IMG/VR virus record: IMGVR_UViG_3300020577_009596
Location: 1-64,000 of that record
Origin: a virus
Lineage: Duplodnaviria; Caudoviricetes
Direction: 5' to 3' (one strand)
DNA length: 64,000 nt
Shown one piece after another: positions 56,093-63,857 of this stretch; the first letter of the stretch is position 1; each line of letters starts with the position of its first letter. Below the pieces are notes generated by a model. That model made no database searches and was not told the origin of the DNA. It saw only the letters and a program-made list of their open reading frames with translations. Position numbers and translations under genes: made by a program.

Positions 56093-57385
56093 TCACGACT
56101 TCAGCTCCCCGAACAGCTCGGCCGACCGGACCAGGCCCGCGGTCGAGCCGTTGTCGACATACTCGTCCATGTCGGAGGCCCCGTACTCGTCGATGGTGTT
56201 CGCCGCACCGAACGGGTGCCGCCAATGTAGGCGGTTGTCGTGAAGGTCCCACGGCGAGCAGTCTCGGACTAGACACGCCTTGATCATGTCGTACCAGTCG
56301 CACATCTGCTCGAGGATCGGGTCGAGGCACTCGCGGCGGAACCGCTCGACGTCCCCCGGCCGGACCTCCGCCCGCCATCGGCGGAAGAAGTAGTTCTCGT
56401 CCTCGCGGACCTCCCACTCGGGGCCGGTCGCGTTGCGGATCACCTCGGCGAGGCGGGCCTGGAACTCGGCGTCGGTCTCCGGCGGCTTGGCCCCGACCCG
56501 GCAGGCCCCCTCGCACTTCGGGCAGACCGTCTCGACCTTCGTCCGCTTGTCGGTGAACCGGCCGGTCGCGTCGCACTTGGAGCACTTCGCCCCCTGCGTG
56601 CCCTTCCCCTGCGTGATGCTGCCCTTGCCGCCGCTGAGCGGACGCCGGACGACGTTGTAGCGGACGCCTTTGATGTTTCCTCCGCCAGCGAGGATATGAG
56701 GCTCAAGTATCTCTCTCGCAGCTACCCACTCTGGGGACGGGTCGGACTCTCCTCCGCAACAGCTGAGAGCGACAAGATACATCATCGTCTGCAGGTCCCA
56801 CGTCAGGTTCCGCTGGATCTCGACCTCGTCGACGTCCCCCTTCGTCTTGGTCTCGAACAGATAGACTCCCGCCTCTCGGCCGGTCCCGACTAGGTCGACC
56901 GCGTCGAACTTGCCTCGCAGCCGGACGACGCGACCGGACGGCAGCCGGTACGGGACGTCGAACGGGTACTCCTGTAGGAGCGGCGTCCGCTCGACGACCT
57001 CGGGGTGCTCCCGCCACCACTCGACGTAGATCGGGAACTGGGTCTTGCAGACGCCGTACCAGTGAGTGATCTCGGGCGACTGGAACGGATACTTCTTGAT
57101 CAGGTCGCGGCAGAAGTCCAGCAGCTTGGGCTGCCAGTCCCTGCCCGCGGCGAGGGCCTCCTCACAAGTATGCCACATATCTCCGTACGACATACGGAAG
57201 TGGAACTTGTCGTGAGGTTTCCACCCTTCTATGTACTTGACTCGAAATCTCTCTCGACAAGAAAGCCACGATTTTATGGCTGATTGAGTTACTCCTGAGT
57301 TAGGACCTTCCCCACAAGGGCCTCCCCACAGAGGGCGTTTCTCCTTAGGCTTGACCTTTGCCAGTATCTCTCTCAGCTTGCTCAT
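56093..57385 (-). CDS. PD-(D/E)XK (RecB/Cas4-like) exonuclease with inserted zinc finger
   Basis: QSAI..W.SC, RGKFD, FETKT, QTMMY; CSKC..CPKC insert. Confidence 0.85.
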   Translation of the reverse strand: MSKLREILAKVKPKEKRPLWGGPCGEGPNSGVTQSAIKSWLSCRERFRVKYIEGWKPHDKFHFRMSYGDMWHTCEEALAAGRDWQPKLLDFCRDLIKKYPFQSPEITHWYGVCKTQFPIYVEWWREHPEVVERTPLLQEYPFDVPYRLPSGRVVRLRGKFDAVDLVGTGREAGVYLFETKTKGDVDEVEIQRNLTWDLQTMMYLVALSCCGGESDPSPEWVAAREILEPHILAGGGNIKGVRYNVVRRPLSGGKGSITQGKGTQGAKCSKCDATGRFTDKRTKVETVCPKCEGACRVGAKPPETDAEFQARLAEVIRNATGPEWEVREDENYFFRRWRAEVRPGDVERFRRECLDPILEQMCDWYDMIKACLVRDCSPWDLHDNRLHWRHPFGAANTIDEYGASDMDEYVDNGSTAGLVRSAELFGELKS

Positions 57386-58043
57386 TCTGCTTCCTCAGAA
57401 ATTTAAGTCTTGCTTCTCTCATTTTGTTACGAGATGCTTCTGATCTTTTGCCGCATGCGTTCTTGTTACCTTTCGACTTCTCCGCTAGTATCGCCTTAGT
57501 CTGCTCAGAATGAGACCTACCCGTCAAGGCAATACTCAGATTTCTCTTGAAAGTATCGGTGTAGCCAATAGCTTGTCTCGCTGCTCTGGCTCTTTGTAAC
57601 GCTTCAGCTTGTCTTACGCTCAGCTTCCCTTTCCTTATCGCTGATAGCCTTGCTACGAGTTCTGGAGGTTGCTTTCTGCCTCTGAGTTTTTCTGAAACTG
57701 TCTTACAGAACTCTTCTGTAGGTTTTCTCCCTAAAGCACTTCCTGCCGTAGGGCAGATATTATAACCTTTAACCGTTGCTTCCGTTTTGTCTATCCAGAA
57801 CTGCTCACGAGAAATACAACTCGAAGGAGAACAGTATTCTAGGACAGAGAACTCAAATACCGGACCATATTTGTTCCACGCAGCCTGAAGATGTCTGTTA
57901 TGATGGTGTCCTCCTCTAAGGGTTTGAAAGTGAGACCTTTTCCGGTGCTTGAGAGACTTAGCGGCCGACCCGATATAGAATTTACCGTTCAGAACATTTC
58001 TGATGATGTAGACGCCGGTATTGAAATGCTTAAACGGTGGCAC
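57345..58043 (-). CDS. GIY-YIG homing endonuclease with NUMOD3
   Basis: GVYIIRN..FYIGS..R...H..N.HLQAAWNKYG..REQFWI..GYNI. Confidence 0.9.
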   Translation of the reverse strand: MPPFKHFNTGVYIIRNVLNGKFYIGSAAKSLKHRKRSHFQTLRGGHHHNRHLQAAWNKYGPVFEFSVLEYCSPSSCISREQFWIDKTEATVKGYNICPTAGSALGRKPTEEFCKTVSEKLRGRKQPPELVARLSAIRKGKLSVRQAEALQRARAARQAIGYTDTFKRNLSIALTGRSHSEQTKAILAEKSKGNKNACGKRSEASRNKMREARLKFLRKQNEQAERDTGKGQA

Positions 58044-58132
58044 CGAGGTCACTCCGCTAGTGACTCCGCGAGTAAGAAGGTTGTGGCAACCGGCGCGGGA
58101 CCGGCTTTCGGGTGCCCCCTAGCCACGCTTCT
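58044..58132 (-). ncRNA. Candidate three-way-junction RNA plus RBS hairpin (copy 3)
   Basis: GUGGC-UA-GGG GGCA CCC-GAA-AG CCGG..CCGG UU-GCCAC. Confidence 0.55.
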
Positions 58133-58133
58133 A

Positions 58134-58469
58134 CTATACGCCCTCCTTCGTGAGGCTCGAGGCTGCGTCGACGATGGCTTGAAGTACGGCATCGAGGTGT
58201 CGATGGGCGACCAGCTTCTCCTCCCTCGACAGGTCTGACAGGGGCCGATACTCGGGACTCTCCCCGAACTTGACGATACGCCACCGGCTCCCGACCCTTC
58301 GGTACCCGAACGATCCGTCGTCCCCCGCGTCGACTCTTGCGTTGACCCCGACCCCCATCTCGGTCAGGCGGTCCTCGACCCCCCGAACCTCGGCGGCGAT
58401 CTGATCGCACCTCAAGTTGAGGTCCCCGATCGTATTCTGGAGACGGGTGAACAGCTCTTCTCTGCCCAT
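58134..58469 (-). CDS. Hypothetical protein
   Basis: Resembles 22828..23217. Confidence 0.55.
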   Translation of the reverse strand: MGREELFTRLQNTIGDLNLRCDQIAAEVRGVEDRLTEMGVGVNARVDAGDDGSFGYRRVGSRWRIVKFGESPEYRPLSDLSREEKLVAHRHLDAVLQAIVDAASSLTKEGV

Positions 58470-58514
58470 GACTTGAAGCCCTCTTCGGCTCGGTGTAGGA
58501 CTAGTATAACCCCG

Positions 58515-58709
58515 TCACTTCGAGGCGGCGAGGTCCCTCAGCCGCTCGGCGAGGTCCTCCTCCGACAGCAGCTCCTGACGGATGATCGAGGTGTCGGACG
58601 GGGCGTCGATCCCCAGTCGGACCTTCCCCCTCTCAGTCGTCACGACCTGGATCCGGACTCCCCGGCCGACCCAGATCACCTCGTTCACCTTACGGCTCAG
58701 CACCAGCAT
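58515..58709 (-). CDS. csrA: Carbon storage regulator (RNA-binding)
   Basis: MLVLSRKVNE...VRLGIDAP...I.RQEL. Confidence 0.9.
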   Translation of the reverse strand: MLVLSRKVNEVIWVGRGVRIQVVTTERGKVRLGIDAPSDTSIIRQELLSEEDLAERLRDLAASK

Positions 58710-58726
58710 GACAGACCCTCCTCTGG

Positions 58727-59296
58727 TCAGTTCGATCCCAGGACGTGCTCCTCGACCGCGTTGCGGACCTGGACCACCGCACGCTGGAACATCAGCCCCT
58801 GCTGGGCGATGTTGGCCCGGCCGATCGCGGCGGGGTGGACGGTGTGGATCGTCGGGACCTCGCGGTGCAGCTCGATCCGGACGTACCGGCCCGTCATCAG
58901 GTGGTGCTGGGCGACCTCGCCTAGGCAGACGATCAGCTTTGGGTCGCACAGCTCGACGATCGCTCGGAGCCGGGGCGAGCACTTCTGGACCGCGACGTCG
59001 TCGGGCTTGGTCACCTTGCGGCCGTCCTCGCCGACCGGGCAGCAGCCCACGACGTTCGCGATCGCCCAGCGTACCCCCTCCGGGACCGCCTCGGCGATGA
59101 TGTCGTCCTGCAGCTTGCCCGCGGGTCCGATCATCGGGATGCCGAACACGTCCTCGCTGTGTCCGGGAGCCTCGCCGACGAACAGCACGTCGCACGGGAC
59201 GGACCCGCGGACCATGCACACGTTCTTGCGGCCCTCGGCGAGGTGGCAACGCTGGCAGTCTCGCCAGTCTGAGTAGAGCTGCTGGAGCGGGGTCAT
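58727..59296 (-). CDS. Uracil-DNA glycosylase family 4
   Basis: CQRCHL, FVGEAPG..ED..G.P..GPAG, HPAA. Confidence 0.9.
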   Translation of the reverse strand: MTPLQQLYSDWRDCQRCHLAEGRKNVCMVRGSVPCDVLFVGEAPGHSEDVFGIPMIGPAGKLQDDIIAEAVPEGVRWAIANVVGCCPVGEDGRKVTKPDDVAVQKCSPRLRAIVELCDPKLIVCLGEVAQHHLMTGRYVRIELHREVPTIHTVHPAAIGRANIAQQGLMFQRAVVQVRNAVEEHVLGSN

Positions 59297-59371
59297 CTTC
59301 GACCCTCCCGTGAGGTGAGTGTCGGGGAGTCGGCAGTCCTCCCCTTGCGTGCCAGACGTCTAGATCATACC

Positions 59372-59752
59372 CTACCGGCCGGGCGACCTCCTCCGGCTCC
59401 GCTTCACCCGCTCGAACGCCCGCAGGTACCTCACGATCGCCTCGGCGCGGTCGAGGGTAAGCCAGCGACGGATGAACCTGTTGCAGAAGTTGTGGATGAC
59501 CCCCCGGACGTGAAGCCGTCGCTCCTCGGGAGGCATGACGCGGACTTTGATCGTCTTGCCGTTCTTCGCCTTCCGGCTCTTCCGGGCGCGGAAGCCCTTG
59601 ACGTGCTCGTGGTCGACGACGAGGGGCCGGTCCTCGAACGGCTTGCCGCAGATGACGCAGGTGCAGTCGCAGGCCCGACACATCTCGACCCAGTCAGCCT
59701 CGGTCAGGCCGTAGCTGCGGAGCGTCCCGAGGCTGGGCGGCTTGGGCGTCAC
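59372..59752 (-). CDS. Endonuclease VII-like resolvase
   Basis: YGLT..CVIC..LVVDH.H..VRG.I.N.CN. Confidence 0.8.
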   Translation of the reverse strand: MTPKPPSLGTLRSYGLTEADWVEMCRACDCTCVICGKPFEDRPLVVDHEHVKGFRARKSRKAKNGKTIKVRVMPPEERRLHVRGVIHNFCNRFIRRWLTLDRAEAIVRYLRAFERVKRSRRRSPGR

Positions 59753-59828
59753 TCGGGTCGTCCTCGGGGTCAGAGGCCGGGACGGGGGTCGTCCGCAGGA
59801 CCTCCTCGGTCGTCAGCGTCTGCCTCCC

Positions 59829-60074
59829 TCACTTCCGCTCCATCGTGATCGTGAGGCCGGACTCCCGCACCTCGACGCTGAGGTGGATCGGGTAGCCGAG
59901 CCGGGAGATGCGGTTGCGGATCATCTGCGCCATGCCGTGGGGCTGGCACGAGAAGTCCCTCCCCCGCTGGAGCGTGAGGGTCCGGGTCCGCGTCGAGCCC
60001 TCGATCAGGGACGACGGGATCCACCGCTGCCATGGGTACTTCTGCGGCTTGCCGCGTGTGGGGGCGGTCTTCAT
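59829..60074 (-). CDS. Small basic DNA-binding-like protein
   Basis: RGKPQKYPW motif. Confidence 0.55.
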   Translation of the reverse strand: MKTAPTRGKPQKYPWQRWIPSSLIEGSTRTRTLTLQRGRDFSCQPHGMAQMIRNRISRLGYPIHLSVEVRESGLTITMERK

Positions 60075-60318
60075 GCCTCTACTATAACCCTTATTCGGCT
60101 CGAGCGGTAGTCGTTTTCCCTCTGAGAGCGAGGAAGGTCGAGTACTGCTTCCTCGTCACGATCTTCCCGACGGTCCTAAGTCTCCCGCCGGAGGGTGGAA
60201 CCGGAAGCAACTCATGGCGATCGGAGTCGAGTGGAGAGACGTGAGGCGCGGATGGCTGTCTACCGGCCTCGATCAGGCGACGAGTCAGGACTAACGGTTC
60301 CATCGTTACCCTCCGACC

Positions 60319-60342
60319 TCACCCGTATTATAATACGGGTGA
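60319..60342. promoter_or_regulatory. Perfect 24-bp palindrome containing TATAAT on both strands
   Basis: TCACCCGTATTATAATACGGGTGA. Confidence 0.8.
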
Positions 60343-60354
60343 AGGGAGGTCCAT

Positions 60355-60558
60355 ATGGACGAGCCGGAGATCGTGACCACAGTCGCCGCGCGGGAGGGGG
60401 TCCACCCCGAGACCGTCAAGCGGTGGATCAAGGAGGGCCTCGAGGTCGACGGGGTCGTCGTGCTCCTCGCCCACGTCAGGGTCGGGAGGAGGTACGCCGT
60501 CAGGCCGTCGCAGCTGAGGCAGTTCTACGAGAGGACTGAGGGAGTCCGTCAGAAGTGA
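60355..60558 (+). CDS. Excisionase/MerR-like HTH protein
   Basis: VAAREGVHPETVKRWIKEG...RVGRRY. Confidence 0.8.
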   Translation: MDEPEIVTTVAAREGVHPETVKRWIKEGLEVDGVVVLLAHVRVGRRYAVRPSQLRQFYERTEGVRQK

Positions 60559-60639
60559 GACCGTGAGGGAGTACCGGCTCCCTCACGGTCAGACGCCAGG
60601 GAGCCCGACGCCAGGGAACACCCCACCTGTAGGAGTAGC

Positions 60640-61782
60640 ATGCCCCCGTTCCGTGATTTTACCCCGAGTCTGGCGAGGGAGCCGGACCTCATCGGGGCGA
60701 TCAGTCGCGACGTCGCCGCCCGCGGACTCGTCGGTGAGGAGGACGCCGGTCTGCTGGTCTACCTCGCGTACTCGTCGAGGAAGCTGAGGCACCCCCTCTC
60801 CGTGATCATCCGCGGGCCGTCGGGCTCCGGCAAGGACCAGATCCAACGGATACCGGCGTTTCTGATGCCGCCGAAGTCGATCGTCAACGCGATGCTGCTG
60901 ACCCCGAGAGCTCTCCTCCACGGTAAGAACGGCTGGTTGAGGAACAAGATCATCCTCGGAGGGGAGCGACGGCACGAGCAGGACGACGCCCAGCGAGACC
61001 GAACCCTCGTCCTCAGGATGCTTCTCAGCGAGGGGTACGTCACCCAGAGGTCAGTCGCGGACGGTCAGGCGGTCGTCCAGCGGCAGGACGGACCCGTCTC
61101 GTACTCCGAGACGACGACCCAGAAGTCGGTGTTCCAGGAGGACCTCAACCGCTGCCTGACCGTCCGGACCGACCCGTCTGAGGACCTGACCGGGCGAGTC
61201 GTCGACGCGGTGTTCTCCGAGAAGCTGCCAGGCGAGCGGGGGCAGGACAGTCACGTCTGGCTCGAGAAGACCCATCACGAGTTCCAGGAGTGGCTCAAGC
61301 CGGTCGACGTCCGGATCCCCTACGGGGCGAGACTCGCGAAGCTGCTCCCCAAGAGCAAGATCGACGTCAGGCGAGTCGCCAAGCACCTCCGGTCCCTCAT
61401 CGAGGCGGTCGCCTACGTCCAGCAGGGATCGAGGGAGAGGGACTCGAGCGGGTGCGTACTGGCGACCCTCGACGACTACGCGGTCGCCCGTCGGCTGATC
61501 TCGCGGACGTTCCGAGAGCTACTCGACGGGGACTACAGCGAGAGGGACGACGAGCTCAAGGACCTCCCGGAGCAGTTCACGACGACCGAGGCCAGGGACT
61601 CGGGGCTGATCGGAGTCGCCGGGGCGGTCGACAGGAACCAGGCGAACAAGTGGACCGACCGGCTCGTGGCGGCTGGCCTGATCGTCAAGGTCGGGACCGG
61701 CCCGAGGGGCGTCCACGTCTGGAGGAAGACCCAGAAGCGGCTCGAAGACCTCGTATTACCCGCGGTCGAGGACCTCTCGTAG
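60640..61782 (+). CDS. Rep/primase-associated P-loop ATPase with C-terminal wHTH
   Basis: LVGEE..LLVYLAYSSRKL..PLSVIIRGPSGSGKD; EDLNR. Confidence 0.7.
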   Translation: MPPFRDFTPSLAREPDLIGAISRDVAARGLVGEEDAGLLVYLAYSSRKLRHPLSVIIRGPSGSGKDQIQRIPAFLMPPKSIVNAMLLTPRALLHGKNGWLRNKIILGGERRHEQDDAQRDRTLVLRMLLSEGYVTQRSVADGQAVVQRQDGPVSYSETTTQKSVFQEDLNRCLTVRTDPSEDLTGRVVDAVFSEKLPGERGQDSHVWLEKTHHEFQEWLKPVDVRIPYGARLAKLLPKSKIDVRRVAKHLRSLIEAVAYVQQGSRERDSSGCVLATLDDYAVARRLISRTFRELLDGDYSERDDELKDLPEQFTTTEARDSGLIGVAGAVDRNQANKWTDRLVAAGLIVKVGTGPRGVHVWRKTQKRLEDLVLPAVEDLS

Positions 61783-61784
61783 GC

Positions 61785-62076
61785 CAGCGTATCCAGCGTA
61801 TCACAGCGTATCACCCTCCGATACGCTGAAAACCTTAGAAATCCTAGCGTCTAAGCACTTTTCGGGGTCCAGCGTATCAGCGTATCGGAAAACGCCCCCG
61901 AGGGTCCTCTTAACGTATTTCTGGAAGAAGAATACTAATAAGAGGGGTACGCTGGGCCGGAGACGCGTCCCCCGATACACTGATACGCTGAGGCCGTTTT
62001 CGGACGTAAGTCCTTACCTCTAAACGGGTTACGCAGCGTATCGGCCTCCCTACGCTGCGATACGCTGGATACGCTG
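61785..62076. repeat. Origin-like iteron array (CAGCGTATC/GATACGCTG) in symmetric arrangement
   Basis: About 12 copies arranged FFFR-FF-RR-FRRR with AT-rich spacers. Confidence 0.85.
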
Positions 62077-62083
62077 AGAGGAA

Positions 62084-62140
62084 TCTTGAACAAAATCTCG
62101 GGACCGGCTTTACTTCCCCGGATTATAGGTTATACTCTTA
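62084..62140 (+). promoter_or_regulatory. Phage early-type promoter repeat
   Basis: TCTTGAACAAAA..TTTACT-N16-TATACT. Confidence 0.85.
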
Positions 62141-62173
62141 GTACCTGACCGAGACCCGAACCGGAGACCTGAG

Positions 62174-62392
62174 ATGTCAAAGCGAACGATCAGCGGTAAG
62201 ACGATCCGGTTCAGCGACTGGAAGGCTCGCGTCCTGGCCGAAGCCGACCGCGTGAACCTCTGCGAAGAGGCCCGCGAGCTGGCCAACGAGGCGATGTTGC
62301 GGGACGGGTTCGAGAAGAACGAGACGCCCGCCTACTTCGTTTTCACCGTCCAGAACCTTTACCACGGCGAGTTGGACCTTCCGGTCCGCTGA
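62174..62392 (+). CDS. Hypothetical early protein
   Basis: GGAG RBS after promoter. Confidence 0.6.
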   Translation: MSKRTISGKTIRFSDWKARVLAEADRVNLCEEARELANEAMLRDGFEKNETPAYFVFTVQNLYHGELDLPVR

Positions 62393-62414
62393 ACCCCCTA
62401 CCGAGGAGCCGACG

Positions 62415-62726
62415 ATGGCCGCGACCTGCTCAGCCCGCCGCGAGTATTCGACCCGCGAGTTCACCTGGCACCCCAGCACGAGCACCTTCACCGCCTTCGC
62501 CTCAGACCTGCCCCGGTTCGACCCCGAGCAGGTCTATCCGGACGCCCTCGACGAGGGGATCTGCCTCGTGAGTCACGTCACGGGTCGCAAGGCGTGGTTC
62601 GTCCTCGAGCGGGCTCACGTCAACCGTGAGAACGAGCTGACCCACTGGACGTTCGTCCCCACGGCCGAGGCCCTCCGGGTCGACCGCCGACTGACAGGCG
62701 TCCGCGTCGAGGCGTTCAACGACTGA
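62415..62726 (+). CDS. Hypothetical early protein
   Basis: GAGGAG RBS. Confidence 0.6.
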   Translation: MAATCSARREYSTREFTWHPSTSTFTAFASDLPRFDPEQVYPDALDEGICLVSHVTGRKAWFVLERAHVNRENELTHWTFVPTAEALRVDRRLTGVRVEAFND

Positions 62727-62755
62727 CTTCCCCCTAACCCCTAAGGAGACCCGAC

Positions 62756-63073
62756 ATGTCCACGATCTCAATCGACTACGCGAAGGACGGCAGCGGCCCG
62801 AGCATGACCTACCGCTCGGCGACTAAGGCGGAGGACGAGCCCTGCGGCCTCTACCGGGTGACGATCCTCGTCCCGCGGGTCGGCGACCTTTCGGTGTTCG
62901 ACGTGCAGACCCGATACGTCGTCGCCGCGAGCGAGCGGAGGGCGATCGACGCGGGCCGGTGCGCAGCCGGGGTCGCGAGCTACGACATCCCGCAGGACGT
63001 TTGCAGCCGGGTCGTCGCCTCCGCCGTCCGCGTCCCGCTGACCGTCGCCGGTTGGGGGCGGACCCAGTTCTGA
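62756..63073 (+). CDS. Hypothetical early protein
   Basis: AAGGAG RBS. Confidence 0.55.
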   Translation: MSTISIDYAKDGSGPSMTYRSATKAEDEPCGLYRVTILVPRVGDLSVFDVQTRYVVAASERRAIDAGRCAAGVASYDIPQDVCSRVVASAVRVPLTVAGWGRTQF

Positions 63074-63077
63074 GGAT

Positions 63078-63142
63078 TCTTGAACAAAACCTTCAGGACC
63101 GGCTTTACTTCTCCCGATTAAGGGTTATACTCTTAATACCCT
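63078..63142 (+). promoter_or_regulatory. Phage early-type promoter repeat
   Basis: Near-identical to 63781-63844. Confidence 0.85.
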
Positions 63143-63169
63143 GACCGACAACCCCAAACGGAGACAGCC

Positions 63170-63508
63170 ATGACCGCTACCAAGACCAGCCCCGCCCAAC
63201 TCGCCGCCGACTTCGCCGCCAAGTGCCGCCAGTACGGTTGGAAGTGGACAATCAAGGGTGACACCTGCGTGGAGGTCAGTACGACCTTCGCCCCCGGCGA
63301 CAACGACGCCTACGTCCTCGCGGACAGTATCAGCTACGACCTGCTGGCCCTCGTTCCGCTCAAGGGCGGCTCGATCTGGGGCACGGACGGAGGCTCGGTC
63401 GGCGGGTACGTCGGTCTGCGAGGCGGGTACTATCGTCTGAACAAGTCCGGCACCGGCGGCAAGCGGTTCCTCGCCGAGCTGAAGAAGTTTGAAGGGAGCA
63501 AGGGATGA
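63170..63508 (+). CDS. Hypothetical early protein
   Basis: GGAG RBS; GSIWGTDGGSVGG. Confidence 0.6.
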   Translation: MTATKTSPAQLAADFAAKCRQYGWKWTIKGDTCVEVSTTFAPGDNDAYVLADSISYDLLALVPLKGGSIWGTDGGSVGGYVGLRGGYYRLNKSGTGGKRFLAELKKFEGSKG

Positions 63509-63786
63509 AGGATCCCGCCTATATGTCCTCGGCCGAGATCAACCGCGAGCTGGACCGCCTTCGGGTCCAGTCGTCAGCCTTCTGCGAAGAGATGATCGCT
63601 GCCGGTCGCGGGTACGAGAAGTACACGGACTGGAAGGATAAGACCGACGAGCTGTCCCGCCGCGGCCGAGCCGTCTACGACCGGACGTCCGCCCTCCAGG
63701 TCGAGATTCACGTCCGGTACGGAGACCGCGCTCCGAATCCGCTTCCGACCGGGCGAAAGCACGGACCTCGTAAGGCAGAATCTTGA
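63505..63786 (+). CDS. Hypothetical early protein
   Basis: ATGA coupling. Confidence 0.6.
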   Translation: MKDPAYMSSAEINRELDRLRVQSSAFCEEMIAAGRGYEKYTDWKDKTDELSRRGRAVYDRTSALQVEIHVRYGDRAPNPLPTGRKHGPRKAES

Positions 63787-63844
63787 ACAAAACCTACCCG
63801 GCTGCTTTACTTCTCCCGATTAAGGGTTATACTCTTAATACCCT
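63781..63844 (+). promoter_or_regulatory. Phage early-type promoter repeat
   Basis: TCTTGAACAAAA..GCTTTACTTCTCCCGATTAAGGGTTATACTCTTAATACCCT. Confidence 0.85.
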
Positions 63845-63857
63845 AACGGAGCCGACC

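Noticed and set aside
56093-57385. Cas4 as part of a CRISPR system
   Set aside because: Sits in the phage replication/recombination block with no other cas genes or array.
48779-58052. Group I introns or inteins around the endonucleases
   Set aside because: Neighbouring genes are complete ORFs, intergenic gaps are too short for an intron core, and no intein C/S...HN motifs are seen.
60091-60303. Functional small gene upstream of the HTH
   Set aside because: The ends look like a small phage protein but the middle appears degenerate; too uncertain to call.
61785-62076. Possible CRISPR array
   Set aside because: Units are 9 bp, in both orientations, without regular unique spacers; no cas genes.
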